From: Clostridia bacterium
GTDB taxonomy: Bacteria > Bacillota > Clostridia > TANB77 > CAG-508
Assembly (NCBI GenBank): GCA_045643205.1
Contig: JAZUKI010000010.1
Location: 128,001 to 192,000 of the forward strand
Reading direction: 5' to 3'
Length of the DNA: 64,000 bases
The position numbers and the translations under genes were made by a program. Shown here one piece after another: positions 50,410 through 60,363 of the stretch. Numbering within the stretch: the stretch's first letter is position 1; the number at the start of each line of letters is the position of its first letter. Under the pieces are notes generated by a model. That model saw only the letters and a list, made by a program, of their open reading frames with translations, had not been told where the DNA came from and made no database searches.

Positions 50410-51792
50410 GTGGTAGATAAAGAACTTGATATTATACTAGATATAATGAGCAAAAGTGGAACAAACGAAAAAATTGAAACTATAAAACAAAATGAAGATA
50501 ATGATAGACTTAAACAAATTTTGTTTTATACTTTCAATCCACTTTATGTATTTGGTATTTCTTCAAAGAAAATTGAAAAAGAATTAAATATGATTCTACC
50601 TTTTGAAACAGATGATTTGTTAGAACTTTTAGAATATTTAAAAGAACATCATACTGGTTCAGATATGGATATAGCAGTAGTTCAAAACTTTATTAACAAG
50701 CAAGATGAAAAATATAAAAATGTTTTAACAGATATTGTAACTAAAAGTTTAACCTTAGGTATTAATGCTAAAAGTATAAACAAAGTTTGGGACAATTTTA
50801 TTCCAGACTACGAAGTTCAACAAGGTGAACGTTTAGAAAACAACATTGAAAAATTAATTGAGAGTGGAAAACAAATTATTGTAACTCAAAAATATGATGG
50901 ACAAAGGTGCTCTGCAAGAGTTGAAAATCATAAGGTTACGTTATATTCAAGAAATGGAAAATTTTATGAAGGTTTAAAAGAACTTGAAAGTGAATTAGCT
51001 GAACTTGATGATGGAATGTACGATGGCGAACTTCTTGTTAATTGTAAAGATGAAAGAGATGAAAATAATGTTCCTAAATTTATTGAAAAATCAGATATTG
51101 AGTTTGATAAAAATATTTTAGATATTGTTTATGCTCCAATGCCATCAAAAGAATTATTTAAGAAAACAGCTTCATTAGTTAATTCTGATGAACCAAACAA
51201 ATTAAATGTAAACATATGGCTTTATGATATGACTCCATTAGAAAACTTTGACAAAATGGAAGATTATGAAGTTCCAGTAGAAGAAAGAAAAAGGATTCTA
51301 AGCGAGAAAATAGCTAAAGTTCATAATAAATGTCCACATTTAAAAGAAGTTAAATTCTTATATACAGGAGATTTTAATAATGTTTTAATTCAAAACATGC
51401 TTAAACAAGTTGTAGGATTAAATCAAGAAGGCATGATGATAAATGTATATGGTTCTCCATATGAATTTGAAAGAAGCAAAAACATGCTTAAAGTAAAGCA
51501 AATGTATCCAGTAGATTTAAGAGTTGTTGACGTATTAGAAGGAAGTGGAGCAAATAAAGGAAAAGTAGGAGCTTTATTAGTTAATTATAAAGGCAGTCCT
51601 CTAAAAGTAGGAAGTGGTTTAACAAAAGAGCAAAGAGAAAAATTCTGGGAAGATAAAAGTTTAATTCTTGGAAAAATTATCACTATAAAATATTTTGAAG
51701 AAACTACTAATAAAAAGAATAATGAAAAAAGTTTAAGATTTCCAATATTCTTAGAAGTAAGATATGATAAGGACGAGGAGAGTTATAACTAA
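50410..51792 (+). CDS. ATP-dependent DNA ligase, phage-type
   Basis: Motif I QKYDGQR, LYSRNGK, III YDGEL, IIIa LYDM, IV QEGMMI, V RSKNMLKVK; OB fold KVGSGL...SLRFPIF...RYDK. Confidence 0.92.
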   Translation: MVDKELDIILDIMSKSGTNEKIETIKQNEDNDRLKQILFYTFNPLYVFGISSKKIEKELNMILPFETDDLLELLEYLKEHHTGSDMDIAVVQNFINKQDEKYKNVLTDIVTKSLTLGINAKSINKVWDNFIPDYEVQQGERLENNIEKLIESGKQIIVTQKYDGQRCSARVENHKVTLYSRNGKFYEGLKELESELAELDDGMYDGELLVNCKDERDENNVPKFIEKSDIEFDKNILDIVYAPMPSKELFKKTASLVNSDEPNKLNVNIWLYDMTPLENFDKMEDYEVPVEERKRILSEKIAKVHNKCPHLKEVKFLYTGDFNNVLIQNMLKQVVGLNQEGMMINVYGSPYEFERSKNMLKVKQMYPVDLRVVDVLEGSGANKGKVGALLVNYKGSPLKVGSGLTKEQREKFWEDKSLILGKIITIKYFEETTNKKNNEKSLRFPIFLEVRYDKDEESYN

Positions 51793-51813
51793 TTATCATA
51801 CGAAAGGTTTTAT

Positions 51814-52059
51814 ATGAATAATAATATGACATTCGAAAAATTTAGCGAAAACTTAGATAATGGATATAAAATTAAATTTGATTATGTAAGAAACAGATAT
51901 GTTTTATATAAAGTAAATGAAAATTGCTATATGCAAGAACTAGTTGAACAAAAATCAAAAAATCCAGTTGCAGCTAAAAGTATGATTACATTTAAAGCCA
52001 TTAAGGAAATGTTTCCTTTTATGACTGATATTGAATATCAAGATGATTTAAAAAATTAA
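51814..52059 (+). CDS. Hypothetical protein
   Basis: 81-aa ORF with GAAAGG RBS in operon context. Confidence 0.7.
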   Translation: MNNNMTFEKFSENLDNGYKIKFDYVRNRYVLYKVNENCYMQELVEQKSKNPVAAKSMITFKAIKEMFPFMTDIEYQDDLKN

Positions 52060-52073
52060 TAGGAGTACATAGA

Positions 52074-52535
52074 ATGGAAGAAACTTTTGCTATTATAGAT
52101 GATGAAGAAAAAGCAGAAAGAAAGAAAGCAGAAGAGGAAGAACAAAAAGAAAAATACAGAATAGAAGATGCTGAAGAAAATTCAGATAATATTGAATTTA
52201 TGAGAGAAGCACTAAATAGTGATGCTACCTGGGTTGTAGCTTATGCTTCAGATAGAATTTTATCTGATAGAGAATTTATAAAAGAAGCAGTAAAAATAGA
52301 TGGACAATTATTATACTATGCTTCTCCAGATTTAAGAGATAATAAAGAAATTGTTTTAGAAGCAATAAAGAATAAGGGATTGATAATAAAATATGTTTCT
52401 AAAAGATTAAGAAATGATAAAGATGTTGCAATAACAGCACTAAGCCAAAGTTTAGGATATGCGATGTATTTAGAAGATGAAGTAAAGCAAGATCCAGAGA
52501 TAAAAGCAATGATAAATCCAGCTGATGAAATGTAA
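52074..52535 (+). CDS. DUF4116 repeat protein
   Basis: Repeats YASDRILSDREFIKEAV / YASPDLRDNKEIVLEAI / YVSKRLRNDKDVAITAL. Confidence 0.85.
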   Translation: MEETFAIIDDEEKAERKKAEEEEQKEKYRIEDAEENSDNIEFMREALNSDATWVVAYASDRILSDREFIKEAVKIDGQLLYYASPDLRDNKEIVLEAIKNKGLIIKYVSKRLRNDKDVAITALSQSLGYAMYLEDEVKQDPEIKAMINPADEM

Positions 52536-52552
52536 AATAAATTAAAATAAAT

Positions 52553-52612
52553 AAAAGCCTGAAACAAAGTAGGGACTATGATTAGTCTACAACTTAGTTT
52601 TCAGGCTTTTTT
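52553..52612. terminator. Bidirectional terminator between the ligase operon and sigH/tRNA-Thr
   Basis: AAAAGCCTGAAA...TTTCAGGCTTTTTT. Confidence 0.7.
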
Positions 52613-52615
52613 ATA

Positions 52616-52691
52616 TGGAGCCTACAACCGGGATTGAACCGGTGACCTCAGCCTTACCAAGGCTGCACTCTACCAACTGAGCTATATAGGC
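52616..52691 (-). tRNA. tRNA-Thr (GGT)
   Basis: Reverse complement GCCTATATAGCTCAGTTGGTAGAGTGCAGCCTTGGTAAGGCTGAGGTCACCGGTTCAATCCCGGTTGTAGGCTCCA. Confidence 0.97.
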
Positions 52692-52737
52692 AATTATGCT
52701 GAGTTAAAAACAACATAATAAGATTGTACGTAATTTA

Positions 52738-53346
52738 TTATAAATTATCAAGATTTTTAATTGTCTTTTTTCTGATTCTTTGAATAGCATTATCAATTGC
52801 TTTTGAATTAGAATCAAGCTTTTTAGCTATTTCATCATATTTATAACCTTGTAATAAAAGGTCTAATACATCTTTTTCAAAATTACTTAAATTTTTATCC
52901 AATGTATCATTTATTTCATTCATATATTCTTTTTTAGTAATTGTATCTAGAGGATCTTCAACTGATTTATTTAAAACTGTTTCAATGTTTGAAAAAGTAT
53001 CATCATTAGAATTTTCATCATTAGTTCCGTTTAAAGAAACGTAATTATTCAAAGGCATATGTTTTTGCCTATTTGAATTTTTAACAGTATTTATTAATTG
53101 TCTTTTTATACAAAGATTAGCAAATGTTTTGAAAGAACTATCTCTAGAAGAATCATAGTTCATAATAGCTTTAAATAAGCCAATTCTGCCTTCTTGCATT
53201 AAATCATCTTTTTCAGCACCATTAATAAAATAATTTGAAACACAAAGCTCAATTAATGATTTATATCTTTCAATAATTTCATTTAATGCTTGTGGATTAT
53301 TATCACGTATTTGATTAATTAATTCTTCATCAGAAATATTCACCAT
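52738..53346 (-). CDS. sigH: RNA polymerase sigma-H factor
   Basis: DLMQEGRIGLFKAI, SFKTFANLCIKRQ, NRQKHMPLNNYVSL, IDNAIQRIRKK. Confidence 0.95.
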   Translation of the reverse strand: MVNISDEELINQIRDNNPQALNEIIERYKSLIELCVSNYFINGAEKDDLMQEGRIGLFKAIMNYDSSRDSSFKTFANLCIKRQLINTVKNSNRQKHMPLNNYVSLNGTNDENSNDDTFSNIETVLNKSVEDPLDTITKKEYMNEINDTLDKNLSNFEKDVLDLLLQGYKYDEIAKKLDSNSKAIDNAIQRIRKKTIKNLDNL

Positions 53347-53390
53347 CTAAAGCTCCTTAAAACGTCTCCAAATGCATGGAATGCTTAATT

Positions 53391-53419
53391 ATTATATTGT
53401 TTAAGTATTGTAATGTCAA
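53391..53419 (-). promoter_or_regulatory. Consensus SigA promoter of sigH
   Basis: Minus strand TTGACA-17-TATAAT. Confidence 0.8.
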
Positions 53420-53455
53420 TAAAAATATATTAAAATTACCAAGTGGAGGAACAAT

Positions 53456-55129
53456 ATGGCTTTTGACGGAATTACTTTAAATTCGGTAATTAAGGAACTT
53501 AATAGTATCGTTGGTGCAAGAATAAATAGTATCTTTCAACCAACACCTAACGAAATCATTATATCTGTATATAATGGTTCTAATTTGGCATTGAATTTAG
53601 ATGTTTCAGCTAGCAATTATAGAATGAATTTAACAACACATCAAAAGAAAAATCCTCAAGTTGCACCACAATTTTGTATGTTGCTAAGAAAATACTTAAT
53701 TGGTGGAAGAATTAAGAAAATATATAATAAAGGGCTTGAAAGAATTGCCTATATTGAGTGCGAATGCATTAATGAAATGAATGACCGAGTTAATAGAAGT
53801 TTAATAATTGAATTAATGGGCAAGTATAGCAATATTATTTTAGTTAATGATAATTTTACTATTATTGATGCTTTGAAAAAATTCGATAGCGAAGGCGAAT
53901 CACGTTCAATAATGCCAACAAGACAGTACATTGAGCCAAACGAAAATAAAGCTGAATTTACAAATACAACAGAAAAAGATTTCATAGCAAAAATTATCAG
54001 CGATGAAAATAAAACTTTAGAAACAGCAATTCCAAACAATTACACTGGAATAAGCAAAATGTTTATACAAAGTACTATTAATGAATTGAATTTTTCAAAT
54101 ACAGTTGGAGAAAAAACATTAAAAACAATTTATAACTATATTTCTGATATATTAAATACCAATAACTTTAATTGTATTAGTTTTAAAAACAATTATAGCA
54201 TTGTGCTAAAACAGGAAGAAAAAGAAACTTATCAAACAAATTTCTTTTTAGATGATTTCTATTACAAAAAAGATGAAGAAGAATATTTTATAAATTATAG
54301 AAATACTCTTTTAAAAGTACTAAATGGAACTTTAGATAAAGTTTCTAAAAAAATGGACAACATTGATGGAAAAATTGATTCATGCAAAGACATGGAAAAA
54401 TATAAAGAATATGGTGAATTAATATTATCAAACATTTACAGATTTAACGATAATTATACTGATTTTATTGAGGTAGAAAACTTTTACAATGATAATGAGA
54501 TTATCAAAATAAAAATAGATTCAAACATTAGTGCATCACAAAATGCAGAAAAGTATTTTAAAAAATATAATAAAATGAAAAATACTTTAAAAATCACCAA
54601 AGTTCAGAAAGAAGAAACTGAAAAAGAACTTGATTATTTAGGTTCTCTAATCGAAGAATTAGATAGATGCCAAACTGTTCAAGATATAGATGAAGTGTAT
54701 AACGAAATTAATGAAAACATATTATTTACAGATATAAAACTTAAAGGCAAGAACAAGAAACAAGCAATAAAGGATAAGACTTCATTAGAAAATTATATAA
54801 GAACAAAAGTTGATGAATATGATACATATATAGGAAAAAACAACAGGCAGAATGATAATTTAACCCTTAAAGTAGCAAGAGATAATGATATCTGGCTTCA
54901 TGCAAAAGATATTCATGGAAGTCATGTTATATTACGAACAAATGGCGAAATGCCTAAAATATCAACAATTGAAAAAGCTGCAAAGTTAGCAGCATATCAT
55001 AGTAAGGCAAAATACTCTTCACATGTTCCTGTGGATTACTGTTTTGTAAAATTTGTTAAGAAGCCAAAAGGTTCAGCACCGGGATATGTAATTTATTCAA
55101 ACAATAAAACTGTTTTTGTAGATCCATAG
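53456..55129 (+). CDS. rqcH: Ribosome quality control protein RqcH (FbpA/NFACT family)
   Basis: MAFDG, FCMLLRKYL, ELMGKYSNIIL, GKNNRQND.LT, WLHAKDIHGSHVIL. Confidence 0.95.
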   Translation: MAFDGITLNSVIKELNSIVGARINSIFQPTPNEIIISVYNGSNLALNLDVSASNYRMNLTTHQKKNPQVAPQFCMLLRKYLIGGRIKKIYNKGLERIAYIECECINEMNDRVNRSLIIELMGKYSNIILVNDNFTIIDALKKFDSEGESRSIMPTRQYIEPNENKAEFTNTTEKDFIAKIISDENKTLETAIPNNYTGISKMFIQSTINELNFSNTVGEKTLKTIYNYISDILNTNNFNCISFKNNYSIVLKQEEKETYQTNFFLDDFYYKKDEEEYFINYRNTLLKVLNGTLDKVSKKMDNIDGKIDSCKDMEKYKEYGELILSNIYRFNDNYTDFIEVENFYNDNEIIKIKIDSNISASQNAEKYFKKYNKMKNTLKITKVQKEETEKELDYLGSLIEELDRCQTVQDIDEVYNEINENILFTDIKLKGKNKKQAIKDKTSLENYIRTKVDEYDTYIGKNNRQNDNLTLKVARDNDIWLHAKDIHGSHVILRTNGEMPKISTIEKAAKLAAYHSKAKYSSHVPVDYCFVKFVKKPKGSAPGYVIYSNNKTVFVDP

Positions 55130-55195
55130 AATGCCTTATTGTTGAAAAAAAGAGCAATTTATATTATAATTACAACATCGTTGGAAGGAAGGTAT

Positions 55196-56176
55196 ATGAG
55201 TGAAGGAATAGGCATCGATTTAGGAACTGATTCAACAATAATTTATTCTCATAATAAGGGAATAATATTAAATGAGCCAACAATCGTTGCAGTAGATATA
55301 CTTACAAAAGAACCAATTGAATATGGAAAAAAAGCCAAAGAAATGGTAGGCAGAACACCAAAGGGAATTACTACTGTAGAGCCGCTAAAAGATGGAGTTA
55401 TATCTAGCTTTTCTCTTACTGTTAAGATGCTAAAACATTATTTGAAAAAAATTGGCTCTAACAAGACATTGCTTCAAAAGGCAATGATATGTGTACCATC
55501 CAATATAAATAGTGTTGAAAAACAAGCTGTAGCAGATGCCATTATCAGATGCGGAGTTAAAAATGTTTGGCTAATTGAAGAACCAGTTGCAGCAGCAATC
55601 GGCGCAGGATTAGACATATTTAAAGATAAAGCAAATTTTATTGTTGATATTGGCGGAGGAACAACGGACATCGCAGTTATAGCTAAAGGCTCAACAATAT
55701 TAAGCAATTCAATATTATCTGCAGGAAATACTTTTACAGATATAATAAAAAAATATATGTTAGACAGATATGAAATAGCTATAGGAAGTTTGACAGCAGA
55801 AAAAATTAAATTTGAAATAGGCTCAGTAATTAGTAGAGAACATATGGTAGAAACAAAATGCAGAGGTAGACATACTAAAACAGGAATGCCTATTGAAATT
55901 TTAATAAATAATGTTGAAATAGAAAAACTATTAGAAGCGGAAGCCATGAAAATAGTTAATGCTATAAAAGAAATAATTGAAAAAACACCACCAGAGATGA
56001 TGGAAGAAATATCAAACAATGGAATATACTTAACTGGCGGTGGAAGCAAAATATTTGGAATTGATAAATTAATAAAACAATATACAGGAATCAATATTTA
56101 TATCGCAAATGATTCTGAATTCTGTGTTGCAAAAGGCACAGGAAAAGCTTTGTTAAATAAGAGCTTTGTTCAATAA
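55196..56176 (+). CDS. mreB: MreB/Mbl family rod-shape protein (divergent paralogue)
   Basis: GIDLGT, LNEPTIVA, PLKDGVI, EEPVAAAIGAG, VDIGGGTTD, LTGGGS. Confidence 0.85.
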   Translation: MSEGIGIDLGTDSTIIYSHNKGIILNEPTIVAVDILTKEPIEYGKKAKEMVGRTPKGITTVEPLKDGVISSFSLTVKMLKHYLKKIGSNKTLLQKAMICVPSNINSVEKQAVADAIIRCGVKNVWLIEEPVAAAIGAGLDIFKDKANFIVDIGGGTTDIAVIAKGSTILSNSILSAGNTFTDIIKKYMLDRYEIAIGSLTAEKIKFEIGSVISREHMVETKCRGRHTKTGMPIEILINNVEIEKLLEAEAMKIVNAIKEIIEKTPPEMMEEISNNGIYLTGGGSKIFGIDKLIKQYTGINIYIANDSEFCVAKGTGKALLNKSFVQ

Positions 56177-56177
56177 A

Positions 56178-56247
56178 TTTAATTATACAAAAATTAATAA
56201 TTTTAATTATATAAAATGAATAAGTTTAATCATACAAAATGAAAAGG
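56178..56247 (+). repeat. About 23-bp degenerate triple repeat; last copy carries the fadD RBS
   Basis: TTTAATTATACAAAAATTAATAAT / TTTAATTATATAAAATGAATAAG / TTTAATCATACAAAATGAAAAGG. Confidence 0.7.
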
Positions 56248-56255
56248 AAGAAAAA

Positions 56256-58139
56256 ATGAACGAAATTAATAATCCAAGTAAATTAAAAAAGTTAAAGATG
56301 AATTTTTCTAAGTTTACAATGAAAGGGGCAGAAGATGTGGACCTAACAGATGTTGATTTAGAAAAACTAGCTCAAAAACCTGTAAAGAAAAGAAAAGAAA
56401 ATTATCCACACACAAGTTACACAACAATCAAAGAATGTTTTTATAAATCATGCAAAGAAAATGCTGACAGACCAGCTATTCTTGAAAAACCTGATCATAA
56501 AACACCTTATCAAGAAGTTACATACAAACAATTATACAAAGATGTTCAAGCATTTGGAACAGCCATAACAAAGGTATTAAACAAACCTAATGCTAGAATT
56601 TTAATTACAGGTGAAACACAATACGGATGGTATTTATCTTATATGACAGCTCTTTGCGGCGCAGGATTAGCAATTCCTGTTGATAGAGAATTACCTGATA
56701 ATGAACTTGAAAATGTAATTAATAGATCAAAAGCTAATATAGTTATATATTCATCTAGAAAAGCTGATTCAATAAAGAAAATAAGAAAAAATATTCCATC
56801 AGTTGAATATTTTATTGAAATGAATTCAGACAGCGCTTTAGATGGACAAGATATTGGATTAAAAACATTATTAGAATTAGGAAGAAATGTTGTTGAATCT
56901 GGAGATGATAGTTTCAGTAAAATTGAAATAGATCCTGATGAATTTAAAGTTTTAATATTTACATCTGGAACAACATCAAATTCAAAAGGCGTAATGATTT
57001 GCAATAGAAGTTTAGCTGAAAACATTAATGCTATTACTGCATATGTAACATTATACCCAACCGATAGATTATTTTCAGTTTTACCATTACATCATACATA
57101 TGAATCAACAATCGGTTTCTTATACCCAATGGCAATGGGAGCATCAGTTGCTGTTTGCGAAGGATTAAGATACATTCTTCCAAATATTCAAGAATCAAAG
57201 CCAACTTCAATCTTAGCAGTTCCATTACTAATTGAAACAATTTATAAGAAAATTAATGAAGGAATTAAGAAGAGTCATAAATCAACAGTAGTTACATCAA
57301 TGATTGCTACAACAAACTTACTAAAAAAAGCAGGATTAGATATAAAGAAAAGAGTATTTAAAGATATTTATGATCAATTAGGAGGAAGACTAAGAATTAT
57401 TGTTTCTGCAGCAGCACCTATTGATAAAAAAGCAGGAAAATGGCTAGAAGATATTGGAGTTATATTCTTACAAGGATATGGTTTAACAGAAACTTGTCCA
57501 ATTTCAGCAATTACACCAGATTTTGATCCTAATATTGGCTCAGCTGGAAAATTGATTTGGCAAGCAGAAGCTAAAGTTATAGATAAAAATGATGAAGGTG
57601 AAGGAGAAATTTGTATTAAAACTCCTACAATCATGTTAGGCTATTATGAAAATGAAGAAGAAACAAAGAAAGTTATAGATGAAGAAGGATTCTTCCATAC
57701 AGGAGATATTGGATATATTGATAATGAAGGATTTATCTATATTACTGGAAGAAGCAAAAACGTTATTGTAACTCAAAATGGTAAAAATATTTATCCAGAA
57801 GAAATTGAACTATTATTAAATAAAGTTCCAGAAATAAAAGAATCTATGGTTTATGGAAAAGAACCAGAAGGCGAATTGGCAAAGAGAAAAGATTCTAAAG
57901 AGTTAATTATTACAGCAAAAGTTATTCCGAACACAACTGAGATTGAAAAAATACATGGAAAAGATTTAACAGATGAGCAAATTAAAGAAATTATTTGGAA
58001 TAAAGTAAAAGAAGTAAATAAAAAATTAACAGGATACAAAGCTGTTAAAGAATTAGAAATTAAAGAAGGCGAATTTGAAAAGACTTCTACAATGAAAATA
58101 AAAAGATTTAAGGAAAGCACAAAAAAAGCCAACAAATAG
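56256..58139 (+). CDS. fadD: Long-chain acyl-CoA synthetase (AMP-binding)
   Basis: FTSGTTSNSKGV, LPLHHTYE, QGYGLTET, FHTGDIG, ITGRSKNVI..NGKNIYPEEIE. Confidence 0.9.
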   Translation: MNEINNPSKLKKLKMNFSKFTMKGAEDVDLTDVDLEKLAQKPVKKRKENYPHTSYTTIKECFYKSCKENADRPAILEKPDHKTPYQEVTYKQLYKDVQAFGTAITKVLNKPNARILITGETQYGWYLSYMTALCGAGLAIPVDRELPDNELENVINRSKANIVIYSSRKADSIKKIRKNIPSVEYFIEMNSDSALDGQDIGLKTLLELGRNVVESGDDSFSKIEIDPDEFKVLIFTSGTTSNSKGVMICNRSLAENINAITAYVTLYPTDRLFSVLPLHHTYESTIGFLYPMAMGASVAVCEGLRYILPNIQESKPTSILAVPLLIETIYKKINEGIKKSHKSTVVTSMIATTNLLKKAGLDIKKRVFKDIYDQLGGRLRIIVSAAAPIDKKAGKWLEDIGVIFLQGYGLTETCPISAITPDFDPNIGSAGKLIWQAEAKVIDKNDEGEGEICIKTPTIMLGYYENEEETKKVIDEEGFFHTGDIGYIDNEGFIYITGRSKNVIVTQNGKNIYPEEIELLLNKVPEIKESMVYGKEPEGELAKRKDSKELIITAKVIPNTTEIEKIHGKDLTDEQIKEIIWNKVKEVNKKLTGYKAVKELEIKEGEFEKTSTMKIKRFKESTKKANK

Positions 58140-58244
58140 AAAGCAAAAAACATATTGAAATTGCCAATAATTAGCAATGTAATAAATGAAATATTTTAAT
58201 GTAAAAAGTTCATGAGAGACTAGGGAAATAATATTTTAGAACTT

Positions 58245-58330
58245 TGTAATAAAAATGTAATATTTGTAATAAAAGTGTAAATCAATATAGATTGTTTTTG
58301 ATTGACTTTTAATTAGCACTTGTATAAAAT
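58245..58330 (+). promoter_or_regulatory. Double WalR/OmpR-type direct-repeat box plus SigA promoter
   Basis: TGTAAT-N5-TGTAAT (58245), TGTAAT-N5-TGTAAA (58265), TTGACT (58302)-17-TAAAAT. Confidence 0.7.
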
Positions 58331-58384
58331 ACTAGGTATATTGGAAGAGTATATCTAGTATTTTTCAATATTTAGGAGGTAAAT

Positions 58385-59782
58385 ATGTTTACAATGCCTA
58401 GAAAAGGGATAGTAAACGTGAAGATGGTAATCACGGAAGAAAAGATATTATCTAATATCGAGAAAGTTCATAGAATTATTAATCCTGATAGCAAAAAACA
58501 AATTATTGAGTTAGATGATAATTCTTACTTTAAAGATTTAATAGAATCTATCAAAACATACTTAATTGAATATCCAAAAAAGAAGAATTTTCCTAAATCT
58601 GTTTATGATGCAGCATTTAGTTTAGTTGAGTACGCTACAGAACAATTTGATTCAAATACTAAAAAAGTAGAATCTTTAATTAAACAAAGAGAAATAAATA
58701 CAAAATTAGGAGCTATTTTAAAACAAACTTTAGCTATTATTCAAACACCTAATTCTGAATGGCAAAAAGCTATTATAAATGTTCAAAATAGATATCCAAT
58801 TGAGATAATAAATGCATTAAATGCAGTTGGATATGAAAATGGAAAAGCAGAGAAGAGTGCAAAATACAAAGAAGCTGTTAAAGTAATAAATGCTAGAATT
58901 TCAAATTTAGAAACAAACTTACATATAGAAATTGATTTAGAAAGAATTGAAGATAAATCTAAAGCATTAAGTTACATTGGAATTGAAATTGCAGATGCAT
59001 TAAAAACAATTCCTACACCACGTGATTCTGAATCATTTGAAACAATTGCACAAACAGAAAATACAGAAATTAAAGCAGAAACAATAGAAGAAGTTGTAGA
59101 ACCTGCTATTGAAGCTATTGCTGAATCTGTTATTGAAGAACAACCAGTTCAACAAATAATAGAACAACCTGTACAAGAAGTTGAAGAAAAACCAGTACAA
59201 GTAGAGCAACCAGTTCAAGAAGTTCAAACAGTTGCACCTAGAAGAATTACAGCTGCTGATATTGCTGAAGCTCAAAGAGAACTTATGGCAGAAGAAATGA
59301 AGAGAAGACAACAGGCTATGCAACAAACAGCACAACCAGTTCAAACAGTAGTTGAGAAACCTGTAGTTGAAAGACCGGTACAAGTAGCACAACAACCTAT
59401 GCCACAATATGTTCAACCACAAATTAGATACAATCAACAATTAAATGTACCTAGATATGGTCAAGTTATTAATCAACAAAGACAATATGCTGCTCAAATG
59501 CAAGCACAACAAAGAAGACAACAAGTTATGCAACAAGCAGTAAGACAACCAATTCAACAAGAACAAAGAACACAACAAAATGTTGTTGCTCAAACAGTAC
59601 AACAAAAAGAAGTTGCACAATCTAGTATTTATGCAAATCATGTTGAAGAAACTACAAAAGAAGTAAAACCATCATTATGGCAAAGATTTAAAAAGACAAA
59701 ATTTGCTAAAGCATTCTCATACTTATTTAAAGTTAGAGTTGTTTTACAATTACCAGAAGGACAAGAAGATCAAAGCAGATAA
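58385..59782 (+). CDS. Hypothetical protein: helical N-domain, Glu/Gln-rich disordered region, amphipathic C-terminus
   Basis: AGGAGG RBS; own promoter and terminator; no recognised family. Confidence 0.8.
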   Translation: MFTMPRKGIVNVKMVITEEKILSNIEKVHRIINPDSKKQIIELDDNSYFKDLIESIKTYLIEYPKKKNFPKSVYDAAFSLVEYATEQFDSNTKKVESLIKQREINTKLGAILKQTLAIIQTPNSEWQKAIINVQNRYPIEIINALNAVGYENGKAEKSAKYKEAVKVINARISNLETNLHIEIDLERIEDKSKALSYIGIEIADALKTIPTPRDSESFETIAQTENTEIKAETIEEVVEPAIEAIAESVIEEQPVQQIIEQPVQEVEEKPVQVEQPVQEVQTVAPRRITAADIAEAQRELMAEEMKRRQQAMQQTAQPVQTVVEKPVVERPVQVAQQPMPQYVQPQIRYNQQLNVPRYGQVINQQRQYAAQMQAQQRRQQVMQQAVRQPIQQEQRTQQNVVAQTVQQKEVAQSSIYANHVEETTKEVKPSLWQRFKKTKFAKAFSYLFKVRVVLQLPEGQEDQSR

Positions 59783-59855
59783 TTGAGATAAATAAAGCCT
59801 CTCAAGATAATCTCTTGGGAGGTTTTTATTATATAAAAATTATAAGAAAAAACTC

Positions 59856-59884
59856 TTGACATCAAAATGAAAATACCTTATAAT
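59856..59884 (+). promoter_or_regulatory. Consensus SigA promoter of the tRNA pair
   Basis: TTGACA-17-TATAAT. Confidence 0.85.
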
Positions 59885-59916
59885 AAATCACGTGCTAGTG
59901 AAGAGCTTTTGCTTAT

Positions 59917-59993
59917 GCGCCTTTAGCTCAGTTGGTCAGAGCATCCGGCTCATAACCGGGCGGTCCAAGGTTCAAATCCTTGAAGGCGCACCA
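59917..59993 (+). tRNA. tRNA with CAT anticodon, most likely tRNA-Ile2 (lysidine)
   Basis: GCGCCTTTAGCTCAGTTGGTCAGAGCATCCGGCTCATAACCGGGCGGTCCAAGGTTCAAATCCTTGAAGGCGCACCA; body resembles Bacillota Ile2; paired 1:72, so not fMet. Confidence 0.85.
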
Positions 59994-60024
59994 CTTTTTA
60001 AATGCACAAATTAAATATCTATAT

Positions 60025-60110
60025 GGGCAGATGGCCGAGTGGCTAAAGGCGGCAGACTGTAAATCTGTTCTCGTAAGGGTACGATGGTTCGAATCCATCT
60101 CTGCCCACCA
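60025..60110 (+). tRNA. tRNA-Tyr (GTA)
   Basis: Cloverleaf with GCAGA-CTGTAAA-TCTGT arm, long variable arm, CCA end. Confidence 0.97.
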
Positions 60111-60133
60111 TATAGTGCATAGCACAAAAGGTT

Positions 60134-60162
60134 AGACTAATCAGAAATGATTAGTCTTTTTT
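60134..60162 (+). terminator. Terminator after the tRNA pair
   Basis: AGACTAATCA-GAAA-TGATTAGTCTTTTT. Confidence 0.8.
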
Positions 60163-60363
60163 ATGTTAATTTTTACCAAATTTTAAATGCTAAAAATATT
60201 AGTTTTTTCATCAAATCTTAATGCTTTAGAATATTAGATTTTTATTAAATATTAAACATTTAAAATTATTAGTTTTTTCAATATTTGTAATGTTTTTGAT
60301 ATGTTATTTTTATGTTTTTATGATATAATTTATACACTAAAATAAAGATAAATAGGAGCTAAA

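Noticed and set aside
59928-60125. 65-aa minus-strand ORF
   Set aside because: Antisense shadow of the two tRNA genes
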